A DNA stretch of 64,000 nt, from NCBI GenBank assembly GCA_963790205.1, contig CAWBNQ010000003.1:800001-864000 (forward strand). The letters are read 5' to 3'. A program made the position numbers and the translations under genes. Shown here piece by piece: positions 50,252 through 61,126 of the stretch. The DNA is from Nitrospirota bacterium. GTDB taxonomy: Bacteria > Nitrospirota > UBA9217. The notes beneath the pieces were generated by a model. The model had not been told where the DNA came from. It did no database searches and saw only the letters and a list, made by a program, of their open reading frames with translations. Numbering within the stretch: the stretch's first letter is position 1; each line of letters begins with the position of its first letter.

Positions 50252-52912
50252 ATGTTGAAAAATTCCGGATCGTCCATACAGTTCCTGCCGATTTTTTTGG
50301 TGTTTTTGTTGCGTTCGGGCTCTATGCGAGCAGCCTGTACAGCTACCTGCTTTTTCACAGCCTTGTCGAGCTGTTCAGCGTCCTTGTCGCCTTCGTGATT
50401 TTCGTTCTGGCCTGGCACACCCGTCGTCTTCTGGACAACCACTATCTGCTCCTTATTGGTATCGTTTCTCTGTGCAGCGGCGCCCTGGACCTGGTCCACA
50501 TCCTGGCTTATCAAGGGATGGGCGTTTTCCCGGGTTATGATGCAAACCTCGCCACGCAGCTCTGGATCGCCTTCCGGTACGTCTTCAGCGTTTCCCTCCT
50601 CCTGGCGCCCTTTTTCGTCAGCAGGAAATTACATCCTGAAAAGACCTTGGCGGTCTCCCTGACCGTCACGGTATTTCTTCTCGCAGTCGATCTTTCTGCG
50701 ATGGTTCCCTGATTGCTTCGTCGAGGGCAGCGGGCTGACCCGATTCAAGATCGTGAGCGAATACGTCATCTGCCTGATCTTCCTTGCCGCCCTTGCCGCG
50801 TTATTCGTAAAACGCCATGCGTTCGACCGCATTGTTCTGAAATTGATGGCGCTCTCGATCCTGAGTTCCGTTGTCTCGGAATTGAGTTTTACGCAGTATG
50901 TGAGCGTGTACGGGGCGGCCAATATGGCGGGCCATTTCTTTGAACTTCTTTCGTATACGCTCATCTACCGGGCTCTTGTCGTTACCGGCGTGGTCTATCC
51001 TTCAAACCTCCTGTTCAGGAACCTGAAACAGAACGAAGACGCGCTCAAAGAGAGCGAAACCAAATATCGTTCTTTGTTCGAGAGCATGATCGACGGTTTT
51101 GCGTTCCACAAGATCATCATGGACGAAACGAGAAAGCCTGTTGATTACGTTTTTCTGGAAGTCAATGGCGCCTTCGAAAGGCTCACGGGGTTGAAGAGGC
51201 AGGATGTCATCGGGAAAAGGGTAACCGAAGTAATACCTGGCATCGAGCGCGGCCCCGCAGACTGGATAGGCGTTTATGGACAAGTTGCGTTGACTGGAAA
51301 AGAGATCCGCTTCGAACAACATGCTGAACCTCTCGGCAAGTGGTATTCTGTTTCCTCATACAGCCCGATGAAGGACCACTTTGTTGCTGTTTTCGAGGAC
51401 ATCACTGCGCGCAAACAAGCGGAAGAAGCCTTGCGCAGGTCACATGAAGAACTCGAAGAAAGCGTTCAGGGCCGGACCGCGGAACTCGTAAGGGCTAACG
51501 AGGAGTTGGAAGCCGAAATAGCCGAGCGCATGGAGGCTGAGGGGGCGCTCCGGGCCTCGTCAGAGGAGATACGCGTCCTCTATAACAACAGCAGGGTCAC
51601 GAATGACCTTCTGCAGCTCTATACTCGGAAGTTTTCACATAAGGAATATCTGGACGCCGCCGCGGTTTTGATCCGGGATTGGAGCGGCTGCCGCCATGTG
51701 GGATTGCGGATAGCTGATGAGGACGGGATAATCCCCTTTGAATCGTGCGTGGGCTACGATCAAAAATTCCTCGACTCGGAGAGCGCGCTCTCGCTTGAGC
51801 GCGACCAGTGCGCGTGTATCCGGGTCATTCAGGGTGCGCCGGAACCTCAGGACCTGCCCGCCATGACCAGCGCCGGTTCGTTTTATTCCAACAATAGTAT
51901 GGCCTTCATGGAAGGTCTTGCGAGCGAACAGACGACGCGATTCCGGGGTGTGTGCATGCAGAGAGGATTCACCTCACTGGCCGTGGTCCCCATACGATAT
52001 CGCGAGAAAATTCTCGGGGCCATCCATATCGCGGACGAGCAGGAGGGCAAGGTGCCGCTCAAGAACGTCGAGTTCCTTGAGCACATCGCATTCATCATCG
52101 GGGAAGCCTTGTTCCGGTTCGGCGTCGAAGAGGAATTGCGGAAGCTGAACAGGGAACTCGAACAGCGCGTTGTTGATCGCACCGCACAGCTCGAGGCCGC
52201 GAACAGGGAACTGGAGGCCTTTGCCTATTCCGTGTCGCACGACCTCCGGGCGCCGATCCGGGCCATTGACGGCTTCAGCCGCATTATTGAGGAGGAGCAC
52301 GCTGAAAAGCTCGGCGCTGCCGGAAGAGACTACTTCCGCCGCGTGCGGGCGGCGGGGCAGAGGATGGCGCAGCTTATCGATGCCATGCTGAGCTTGTCGC
52401 GCCTGACGCGTGGGGAGCTCAACCGCATCCGGGTGGACCTCGGACCGTTCGCGAAGACCGCGGCCAATGAACTTAAAAAGGGCCAGCCTGACCGCAGGGT
52501 GAAGTTCGACATAGCCGATGGAATGATGGCGGAGGGAGATCCCGTCATGGTGCGGATGGTCGTCGAAAACCTCCTGGGGAACGCCTGGAAATTCACCTCG
52601 AAGACGGAGCATGCGCGGATCGAGTTCGGGTCCTTCGAATGTGGAATGCCGAATTCGGAATTCGGAAAGAAAGCACAAGAGAGGTGCGAAAAGGGGAAGA
52701 CCGTATACTTCGTGCGGGACAACGGGGCCGGGTTCGATATGACCTATGCGAAGAAATTGTTCATGGCGTTTCAACGGCTCCATACTGCCGATGAATTTCC
52801 CGGTTTGGGAATCGGCCTGGCCACGGTGCAGCGCATCATCCATCGCCACGGCGGCAGGATCTGGGCCGAGGGAGAACCGGATAAGGGAGCGACGTTCTAT
52901 TTTACGTTATAA
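50252..52912 (+). CDS. MASE3-PAS-GAF sensor histidine kinase (frameshifts near 50300 and 50700)
   Basis: [13 protein letters not shown] / HILAY.GMGVF / [12 protein letters not shown]3 pattern; [20 protein letters not shown]. Confidence 0.88.
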
Positions 52913-52941
52913 AACAGTTAAGATTTTTAAGGATCTCAATC

Positions 52942-55233
52942 ATGCCTCTTAAATCAAAACTTATTCTTCTGTTTTTCGCCTTCACTCTTCTTCCGCTGGT
53001 GTTGTTCGGCGCGGTCGTTTTTTCTCAGGCGAGGAATATCCTGCAGACGGTCCGCATGGCCCAGTTGGACACCATCGCCGACTTAAAGAAAGACAAGATC
53101 GAGACGTTCTTCCGCGAACGGGAGGGCGATCTCCGGTCGGCCCAGGATTTCCGAAACGTCAGAATGAACTTGCCGGTCCTGGTCAAACACGCGGGCGACA
53201 GGACCGCACCGGCGTACGTAAAGGCCAAAAAAGAGCTGGACGATCAGATAAGGACGTTTCAGCGGTCATACGATTATCTGGATGTGATGCTCCTCGACCC
53301 TCACGGAAAGGTTGTATACGTCAGTAACGAGCAGCTCGCTGCGCATCTGGGCAAGCCGTTGCGCAGCAGGAAGTTTTTTGAGGAAGGCAAAAAAAGAATT
53401 TACTTTACCGACGTCTTTTGGGGCGCGGAAGGGGACCGGCGCGTTGAAATGATCGGGATTGCGCCGGTACGCGACCTGCAAGGCGCATTCGCCGGCGCGG
53501 TCGCCCTTGAAATTGATATGGCCCCGATTTTCAAATTTATCCAGGACACCACCGGTCTGGGAACAACGGGTGAAACGTTGATCGCCAGAAAGGAAGGGAA
53601 GGAGACGTTATTCTTGAGTCCCCTGCAGCATGAGCCGAACGCGGTATTAAAGAAGGTTGTTTCTTTGCAGGATAAGATAGCGATCCCGGCAATAAAAGCG
53701 GCCCAGGGAGAAAACGGTTCCGGCATTACGTACGACTATCACGGCGAGGAGGTGCTTGCCGCATGGCGTTATATTCCCTTTTTGCGATGGGGGCTGGTGA
53801 CGAAGATGGATGCATCGGAAGTGTTTGCCCCTGTCCGGAAGCTGCGGGCCCTCGCGATCTCCGTCGGTATCTTCATAGTGTTTATCGGAGCGCTTGCGGC
53901 GCTGGTGATCTCCAGAACGGTTACCGGTCCCATAGTGTCCCTGCAAAAAGGCGCTGAAGCCATAGCTGCCGGAGACCTGAGCAACCGGGTCGGTACCCGC
54001 GCCCAAGACGAGGTCGGCCGGCTTTCACGGGCTTTTGACGCGATGACCGCCGCGATTGACCGGAGGGTACGGGAGCGGACGATTGAACTGGAAAATGCCG
54101 TCGCCGAGCGTAAAGAGGCGGAGAAAATCGTGAGGCTGGCGAATGCCTACAACCGGAGCTTGCTTGAGGCCAGCCTCGACCCGCTCGTGACCATCGACGC
54201 AAACGGCAAGATCACGGACGTGAACGTTGCCACGGAGAGGGTGACCGGCCGCTCGCGCGAAGAACTTATCGGCACTGAATTTTCCGATTACTTCACGGAC
54301 CCGGAGAAGGCCAAGGCCGGATATCAACAGGTGTTTCAGGAAGGCTCGGTGATGGACTACGCGCTCGAGATTAAGCGCCGGGACGGGCACACCACGCCGG
54401 TCCTGTACAATGCCGCGGTGTACAACGACGAGGCCGGAAGCGTCCTCGGCGTGTTTGCCGCGGCCCGGGACATCACCGAGCGCAAGCGGGCGGAGGAAGA
54501 AATCCGGAAGCTGAACCGGGAACTCGAAGCGCGCGTGATCGAACGCACGGCCCAGCTCGAAGCCTCCAACAAGGAACTCGAAGCCTTTGCGTACTCTGTG
54601 TCCCACGATCTGAGGACGCCGCTTCGGGGTATCGACGGTTTCAGCCTTGCGCTCCTTGAAGACTATGCCGACAAGCTGGACGAGAGCGGCAAGGATTACC
54701 TCCAGCGCGTGCGCGCGGGCGCCCTTAAAATGGGACAGCTCATCGATGCGTTGCTGAACCTGTCCCGCCTGACACGCAGCGAAGTCAAGCGCGCTCCGGT
54801 GGACCTGAGCGCGCTTGCGAAGAATGCGGCCGAGGAACTAAGCAAGTCGGAGCCCGGCCGGCGGGTGGAGTTCGTCATCGCCGGCGGCGTGACGGTCAAG
54901 GGCGACCCGGTGATGCTCCGTGCGGTCATCGATAATCTTCTTGCGAACGCGTGGAAGTTCACGGGAAAACGTGATGCGGCGCGGATAGAGTTCGGCGTAA
55001 AAAAAGCCGACGGCAAGACGGCTTACTTCGTGCGAGACAACGGCTCGGGATTCGACATGACCTATGCAAACAAGCTGTTTACCGCATTTCAGCGTCTGCA
55101 CGGTACAGCCGACTTTCCCGGCCTAGGCATCGGACTCGCCACGGTCCAGCGCATCATCCACCGTCACGGCGGCCGGGTCTGGGCCGAAGGCGAGGTTGAG
55201 AAGGGCGCGACGTTTTATTTTACGCTGTCCTGA
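52942..55233 (+). CDS. Cache-HAMP-PAS sensor histidine kinase
   Basis: Two TM helices, [28 protein letters not shown]. Confidence 0.93.
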   Translation: MPLKSKLILLFFAFTLLPLVLFGAVVFSQARNILQTVRMAQLDTIADLKKDKIETFFREREGDLRSAQDFRNVRMNLPVLVKHAGDRTAPAYVKAKKELDDQIRTFQRSYDYLDVMLLDPHGKVVYVSNEQLAAHLGKPLRSRKFFEEGKKRIYFTDVFWGAEGDRRVEMIGIAPVRDLQGAFAGAVALEIDMAPIFKFIQDTTGLGTTGETLIARKEGKETLFLSPLQHEPNAVLKKVVSLQDKIAIPAIKAAQGENGSGITYDYHGEEVLAAWRYIPFLRWGLVTKMDASEVFAPVRKLRALAISVGIFIVFIGALAALVISRTVTGPIVSLQKGAEAIAAGDLSNRVGTRAQDEVGRLSRAFDAMTAAIDRRVRERTIELENAVAERKEAEKIVRLANAYNRSLLEASLDPLVTIDANGKITDVNVATERVTGRSREELIGTEFSDYFTDPEKAKAGYQQVFQEGSVMDYALEIKRRDGHTTPVLYNAAVYNDEAGSVLGVFAAARDITERKRAEEEIRKLNRELEARVIERTAQLEASNKELEAFAYSVSHDLRTPLRGIDGFSLALLEDYADKLDESGKDYLQRVRAGALKMGQLIDALLNLSRLTRSEVKRAPVDLSALAKNAAEELSKSEPGRRVEFVIAGGVTVKGDPVMLRAVIDNLLANAWKFTGKRDAARIEFGVKKADGKTAYFVRDNGSGFDMTYANKLFTAFQRLHGTADFPGLGIGLATVQRIIHRHGGRVWAEGEVEKGATFYFTLS

Positions 55234-55348
55234 GTAAAAAATAATGTTTTGACATAGCCGCTGAAATGAATACAATGGGCATAGGGTCCCGGCGGACAAG
55301 TATCGTTGAGATTTCGGTTTTCATAAAATAAAAGATAAGGAGCATGGA

Positions 55349-55780
55349 ATGAAGAACAAGGTCATTTTACTGGCTGAAGACAATCCGGACGACGTAAAGC
55401 TGACGATGCGGGCGCTCAAGAAGGCCAATGTCCTGAACGAGGTCGTGGTGGCGCAGGACGGGACTGAGGCGCTCGATTATCTCTTCGGCACGGGCAAATA
55501 TGCGGGCCGGGATATCAATCAGAAACCGCAGGTGGTGCTGCTCGATCTGAAAATGCCCAAGGTGGACGGCCTGGAAGTCCTGCAGCGGATACGGGGCGAC
55601 GAGAGGACGAGGCTTCTCCCGGTGGTCGTCCTTACGACGTCGAGCGAAGACAAGGACCGGGTCAGCAGCTACAAACTCGGCGCGAACAGCTACGTGCGCA
55701 AGCCCGTGGACTTCAACCAGTTCACGGAAGCGGTGAGGCAGCTCGGGCTCTACTGGCTGCTCTTGAATGAAGGGCCGTGA
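55349..55780 (+). CDS. single-domain response regulator (Rcp1-like)
   Basis: [23 protein letters not shown] motifs. Confidence 0.95.
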   Translation: MKNKVILLAEDNPDDVKLTMRALKKANVLNEVVVAQDGTEALDYLFGTGKYAGRDINQKPQVVLLDLKMPKVDGLEVLQRIRGDERTRLLPVVVLTTSSEDKDRVSSYKLGANSYVRKPVDFNQFTEAVRQLGLYWLLLNEGP

Positions 55781-55822
55781 ACCAATTGCGGATTGCCGAT
55801 CTGAAATCGTAGATCGAATAAT

Positions 55823-57295
55823 ATGCCTAAGCCTCTCAACATATTGATTGTCGAGGATTCGGAAGAGGACACGCTGCTTCTGCTGATGGAACTTCGGCGG
55901 AGCGGCTATGAGCCGGACTTCAGGCGCGTGGAAACGCACGAGGCCATGAAAGAGGCGCTTCAACAGCGCGAATGGGACGTCGTAATCTCGGACTACGTCA
56001 TGCCGAAGTTCAGCGGCCTCGAAGCCCTGGCCACGCTCAAAGAGAGCGGGCTTGATCTTCCGTTCATCATTGTTTCCGGTAATATCGGTGAAGATATCGC
56101 CGTCGAAGCGATGAGGGCGGGGGCGCACGATTACATCCTAAAAGGAAACCTCACGAGGCTCCTGCCGGCGGTCGAGCGGGAAATCCGCGACGCGGAAGTA
56201 CGGAGGGCGAGAAAACGGGTGGAGGAGGAGCGTATCCGTCTCGCCGCTGCGGTCGAATCCGCTGTTGATGCCGTAGTCATTACCGACCCCCGTGGAATCA
56301 TCCGGTATGTGAACCCGGCCTTCGAGAAGATCACGGGCCATTCACGGGAAGAAGTCGACGGACGGGAACTCAGTATTCTCGAGGGCGACCTGCATACAGG
56401 ACCGTTCTCACACGACGTTCAAGAGGCGATGAAGCGCAACGCGCCCTGGACCGGCCGCCTCACCGGCAGGAAGAAGGACGGGACCCTGTATCAAGAAGAG
56501 TGCGCGTACGCCCCGATCAAGGCACCGTCGGGAGATATCGTGAACCATCTTTTCATCAAGCGCGACATTACGGAGAAGCTCAGGCTGGAGTCAGTGGCGC
56601 AGGCTGTGGACACCATGAACAATATCGGCTATATCTTTTCCGGGGTACGGCACGAGATCGGAAATCCCGTGAACGCGGTGATCATGAACTTGAGCCTGCT
56701 CAAGGCAAAGCTCGAAACCATCGACAAGGCGGCCATCGAAAAATATGTGGACCGCGCCCTGGAAAGCTGCGAAAAAGTCGAATATCTTCTCCGGAGCCTC
56801 CGGAGCTTCAATCTTTACGAAAAACCCGATCTCCACAACCTGGATATGGCGGACTTTATGGAAAAATTCATCTCCCTGGTGAATGAGGATTTTGAAAAGA
56901 GAGGCATTGCGATCGATGCCGTCGTGGATAGGGTCCGGGCATATGCCGACGCGAGGGTGCTTCAGCAGGTCTTGCTGAATCTATTCACCAATGCCGCTGA
57001 CGCGCTCAATGGACGTGAAAACCCGAAGATCACGATCAGTGCATCACGGGCCGGGGAGATGGTGCGGGTCCGCGTACACGATAACGGACAGGGGATACCC
57101 GAAGACCGGCTGAAGGAGCTTTTCAAGCCGTTTCATACTTCCAAGCCCACAGGCACCGGACTCGGCCTCGTGATCGTAAAAAAGATGATCACCATGATGA
57201 ACGGCACCGTGGTAATCGCAAGCGCTGCGGGCAAGGGGACCAGCGTGGACATTTTTATTCCTGCCGGCAGGGAAGTTGAACCATCCGAACGGTAA
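55823..57295 (+). CDS. receiver-PAS-histidine kinase hybrid
   Basis: VEDSEED..ISDY.MP receiver; PAS; RHEIGNP, DNGQG, GTGLGL. Confidence 0.92.
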   Translation: MPKPLNILIVEDSEEDTLLLLMELRRSGYEPDFRRVETHEAMKEALQQREWDVVISDYVMPKFSGLEALATLKESGLDLPFIIVSGNIGEDIAVEAMRAGAHDYILKGNLTRLLPAVEREIRDAEVRRARKRVEEERIRLAAAVESAVDAVVITDPRGIIRYVNPAFEKITGHSREEVDGRELSILEGDLHTGPFSHDVQEAMKRNAPWTGRLTGRKKDGTLYQEECAYAPIKAPSGDIVNHLFIKRDITEKLRLESVAQAVDTMNNIGYIFSGVRHEIGNPVNAVIMNLSLLKAKLETIDKAAIEKYVDRALESCEKVEYLLRSLRSFNLYEKPDLHNLDMADFMEKFISLVNEDFEKRGIAIDAVVDRVRAYADARVLQQVLLNLFTNAADALNGRENPKITISASRAGEMVRVRVHDNGQGIPEDRLKELFKPFHTSKPTGTGLGLVIVKKMITMMNGTVVIASAAGKGTSVDIFIPAGREVEPSER

Positions 57296-57515
57296 AAGAG
57301 GGAGTCAGCTCTCTGACAGCGAAACCATTTCTTGAACGATGGTTACCTATAAATAACGAGGCCGCTCACGGTCCTTAACGGCAGCTCATTGCCGCGCCCT
57401 CCCCGCTCGCATTTTTTTCGCAACGTCCTTTCAGCGCTCCTGCAGCCTGAAAAGGGCACAAACACCTTGACAGCGCTCAGGTCATTATGTTAGTTTAACG
57501 GCACATTTATTCAGT

Positions 57516-59042
57516 ATGCCGGGAGGACAGGCGTTGGAAAATCAAAAAGGATTAGTTGAAATTGTCTCGGAGAAGATATGGAAGTTTCTTTCCTCCGTCA
57601 AGCTTGCCGTGGTTCTGCTCATCATCCTGGCGATCGTGTCGGTCATCGGCACGCTCATCGCGCAGAACGAAGCCCCGGAGCGATATCTGCGGGAGTACAG
57701 CCAGACCACGGTGAACCTTTTCGAGGCGCTCGGGTTCTTCGACATGTACCATACCTGGTGGTTTGTATTCCTTCTCTTCCTGCTCACCGCGAATCTTACG
57801 GTCTGTACTCTTGATCGCTTCCCCCACACCTGGAAAATCATCACCGCCCCGCTCAAGCCCATCGGAGACGAGGGCCTGAAGGCCCTGCCTTTCAAGAAAG
57901 ATATTACCTTCAAAGGCGGCACGGACAAGGCCGAAGAACGCGCAGCCAAGACGCTTGCGGCGCACGGATACCGCTTCATCGAGTCCCGTGAGGGGGCAAC
58001 GATGCAGCTCCTCACGCAAAAAGGGGTGTACAGCCGTTTCGGCGTCTACATCACCCATGTCAGCATCCTGCTCGTTTTCACCGGCGCGCTGATCGGCGCC
58101 TTCTTCGGGTTCAAGGCCTTTTTAAACCTGCCCGAAGGCAGGGCGTCCAAGGTTGTCTATCTCAGGAACGAGCCCATGTGGGACAGGATCATGGCGACCC
58201 TCGGGATCGCGGAGAGCCCGGTCATCCCGAACCCGCAAGACGGCATGCCTGCCGCCATGCCGCTCGGCTACTTTGTCCGCTGCGACAATTTCGATGTGGA
58301 TTATTATCTGGATGCGACGGGAATGCCGACCGGCATGCCCTCGGAATACCACAGTACGCTGAGCATTTTCGACCTGGAGGGCCAGAAGATTTTCGATAAG
58401 CGAATCCGGGTGAATGATCCGCTCACCTATCACGGCGTCACCTTCTACCAGTCGAGCTATGGGACCATCCCCGACATGACGGGAAAGGTCATTCTGAAAA
58501 TTATTCCCAAGAACAATCCGTCGGAAGGCGAGACGATTACCATCGATCCGGGACAGGCTCAATATGTGCCTTCCATCGACCGGACGATCAAGGTCCTCAA
58601 CTTTGCGCCCTACGGAGTAAAGGACCCTGCCACGGGTCAGGTCGCGTTTTACCATACCGAGAACGATGAATTCATCAATCCCACGGTAGAACTCGGTGTG
58701 TACAAGGGCCCGAAACAGGTGTATAAAACCTTTGTCATGAAGCACGAAGCGGGAGAACCGTACATGCCCGAGAATTACGTCATCAGGTTCGTGGAGGTAT
58801 GGGGCGCCCGCTACACCGGCCTCCAGGTCACCAAGGATCCGGGCGTGTGGGTGGTCTATACCGGTTTTATCCTGCTTTGCATCGGGCCGCTCATAGCCTT
58901 CTTCGGATCCCACAAAAAGCTCTGGATACGGATTCAGGACCATAAGGGACAGGCTGTGATCACGGTAGCGGGTTCCGCAAACCGGAATCGGATCGGTTTC
59001 GAGCGTGAATTCAACAGGATCGTCGATGAGATCGCGAAATGA
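57516..59042 (+). CDS. resB: cytochrome c biogenesis protein ResB/Ccs1
   Basis: LSSVKLA, GT.I.Q, Y...WF, VYITH, VNDPL.Y.G..FYQSSY, KDPG motifs. Confidence 0.93.
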   Translation: MPGGQALENQKGLVEIVSEKIWKFLSSVKLAVVLLIILAIVSVIGTLIAQNEAPERYLREYSQTTVNLFEALGFFDMYHTWWFVFLLFLLTANLTVCTLDRFPHTWKIITAPLKPIGDEGLKALPFKKDITFKGGTDKAEERAAKTLAAHGYRFIESREGATMQLLTQKGVYSRFGVYITHVSILLVFTGALIGAFFGFKAFLNLPEGRASKVVYLRNEPMWDRIMATLGIAESPVIPNPQDGMPAAMPLGYFVRCDNFDVDYYLDATGMPTGMPSEYHSTLSIFDLEGQKIFDKRIRVNDPLTYHGVTFYQSSYGTIPDMTGKVILKIIPKNNPSEGETITIDPGQAQYVPSIDRTIKVLNFAPYGVKDPATGQVAFYHTENDEFINPTVELGVYKGPKQVYKTFVMKHEAGEPYMPENYVIRFVEVWGARYTGLQVTKDPGVWVVYTGFILLCIGPLIAFFGSHKKLWIRIQDHKGQAVITVAGSANRNRIGFEREFNRIVDEIAK

Positions 59043-59072
59043 TCTGAAGTAATTTCAGGGAGGAAATGATTG

Positions 59073-60311
59073 ATGGATAGCTCCTTACTCTTTAATATCG
59101 CAACGCTGTCGTATCTGTTTGCCATGGTGCTCTATATCAGCTACCTGGCTTTCAAAAAGGACGGGATCGGCAAGACGGCTTCGGCCGTCACGTACCTTGG
59201 TTTCGCCATACAGACCATCGCCTTGTTTCTGCGGTGGAGGGAATCCTATCAGATGGACATCGGCAGGGCGCCGTTGTCCAACCTTTATGAATCCCTCGTC
59301 TTCTTCACCTGGAGCACGGTACTCATCTACATCATCGTCGAACTCAAGTACAAGACCAGGGTCTTCGGCGCCTTTGTCCTGCCGGTGGCGTTTCTCGCGC
59401 TTGCATTCATCAATGTGGCGGGCATCAGCACCGAAATAACTCCGCTGGTGCCTGCACTCAAGAGCAATTGGCTTTTTTACCATGTGCTCGTGAGTTTCCT
59501 TGGGTATGCGGCCTTCGGGATCGCCTTTGCCATCAGTATGATCTATATCCTTATGGACACCGAGGAGCGCGGACCCTCTTTCAACCTGGTCTACGGCGTT
59601 GTTGCCCTCATCGTGCTTGCTTTCCTCGGCTATATCATGACCGGTCAGGGAATGAAAACGACTTTCTGGATGGGGCTCGGGGCCCTGATCCTGGCCTGGT
59701 TCATATTCCTGATCATGTCCGGGGCCAAGCACAAGTCCCAGGTTTATGTGTTCTGGTCTTTCTGCGTTACCCTGGCGATCTCGATGCTTGCGGCCATGGG
59801 GATCGACTTCCTCTACCTCATCTCGTTTCAACACCTCGCTGCCGGTGAATCGTTCAAACAACATATGTTCGAAGCGACTTTTGCCAGCTCCTCGACGCCC
59901 GTTATTCTCATAAGCTGGGCTGCGGTCGTGTTCCTGCTCGTTGTCATCTGGTCTCAGGGCATGCGGCTTAAGGGTTTTTTTAAGCAGTACATGCCTCCGC
60001 TGAATCAGCTCGACGACGTGACGTACCGTATGATCGCGATCGGCTGGCCGCTGCTCACCGCGGGCATCATTACCGGAGCGGTCTGGGCCAACAGCGCCTG
60101 GGGCACCTATTGGGGCTGGGACCCGAAGGAAACCTGGTCGCTCATCACTTGGTTTGTCTATGCGATATACCTTCATGCCCGGTATGTTCGCGGATGGAAG
60201 GGCAGTCAGATGGCCGTGATTTCCGCAGTAGGTTTTCTGGCCGTGATTTTCACCTATCTTGGCGTCAACCTCGTGCTTTCGGGCCTCCATTCTTACGGGG
60301 GAATGAAGTAA
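59073..60311 (+). CDS. ccsB: cytochrome c biogenesis protein CcsB/ResC
   Basis: PLSNLYES, PALKSNW..HV, GAVWA..AWG.YW.WDPKE, GLHSY motifs. Confidence 0.95.
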   Translation: MDSSLLFNIATLSYLFAMVLYISYLAFKKDGIGKTASAVTYLGFAIQTIALFLRWRESYQMDIGRAPLSNLYESLVFFTWSTVLIYIIVELKYKTRVFGAFVLPVAFLALAFINVAGISTEITPLVPALKSNWLFYHVLVSFLGYAAFGIAFAISMIYILMDTEERGPSFNLVYGVVALIVLAFLGYIMTGQGMKTTFWMGLGALILAWFIFLIMSGAKHKSQVYVFWSFCVTLAISMLAAMGIDFLYLISFQHLAAGESFKQHMFEATFASSSTPVILISWAAVVFLLVVIWSQGMRLKGFFKQYMPPLNQLDDVTYRMIAIGWPLLTAGIITGAVWANSAWGTYWGWDPKETWSLITWFVYAIYLHARYVRGWKGSQMAVISAVGFLAVIFTYLGVNLVLSGLHSYGGMK

Positions 60312-60345
60312 ACATTTTTTGCTCCTTTTGTTGTATCTTTGTTCC

Positions 60346-60381
60346 AACGCCGGTTGACGATACGTTAACCGGCGTTTTTGT
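60346..60381 (+). terminator. intrinsic terminator
   Basis: aacgccggttga...taaccggcgtt followed by a T-rich run. Confidence 0.75.
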
Positions 60382-60554
60382 TTTGTCTTGCGAGTCGCCC
60401 GGCTTTCTATGCTGTTATACAATCCTGCCGTTGATAAATCGGGGAAGGAACTCTCCCGGCTGAAGGACAGAACACTCTCTACGATGTAAGCGTGATATAA
60501 TTAAAGTCAGGCAGGGTTCATGTATTAGCCGATAGAATGAACGGGAGGTGTATT

Positions 60555-60959
60555 ATGAGAGAATTCAGATGCGAAAGCCTGGGGAACAAATGCTCATGGA
60601 AGCATATTGCAAAGACCGAGGAACTGCTTGCCGATGTTGTGGCCATCCATTTGCGTGAAGTTCACGGCGTAAAAGAGGTCGGGCCCGATATGCTGGGGAA
60701 GATAAAAAACCTTTTTCTGTATCCCAGTGCAGTCGATGCAGCAGGAGCAGAGGATCTCGTTTTGAAGGAGTATGCCTGCAAGATGGATCCGGCGTGCGCC
60801 TGGCGGTATATAGCCATGACCGAAGAGCTGATCGCAGACGGCGTGGCTGTCCATGCCAGGGAATCCCACGGGATCAAGGAGTTTACGCCTGCAATGATAG
60901 CCAACGTCAAGAAGTCGGTCCATGAATGGGACCTGGTGAAAGAGAGGAAAGTAGCGTAA
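60555..60959 (+). CDS. DUF1059-like small metal-binding protein (tandem repeat)
   Basis: Two C..x..C.W...A.TEEL....V..H.RE.HG units. Confidence 0.8.
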   Translation: MREFRCESLGNKCSWKHIAKTEELLADVVAIHLREVHGVKEVGPDMLGKIKNLFLYPSAVDAAGAEDLVLKEYACKMDPACAWRYIAMTEELIADGVAVHARESHGIKEFTPAMIANVKKSVHEWDLVKERKVA

Positions 60960-61126
60960 GCAGTTTGTCGAAAAAGGTCTATAAAGAAAGATCAAATGTC
61001 CTTCTGGGCGAGAGTGCAGGATTTGGGTTTTCACCACTGAGGATAGGGGAGGGGGAGTCTGTCGCCATGCTGAACAATCGGGATATTGTCCTGTTTTCAG
61101 GATGAGAGATGAGTTTCTAACAGCGG

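Noticed and set aside
31697..50760. Frameshifts in cobT, cobS, cobC, thiG, thiC, PhoH and the MASE3 kinase as programmed frameshifting or pathway decay
   Set aside because: Scattered single-base indels in otherwise intact genes with no shared slippery motif; most consistent with sequencing or assembly errors. Read data would settle it.
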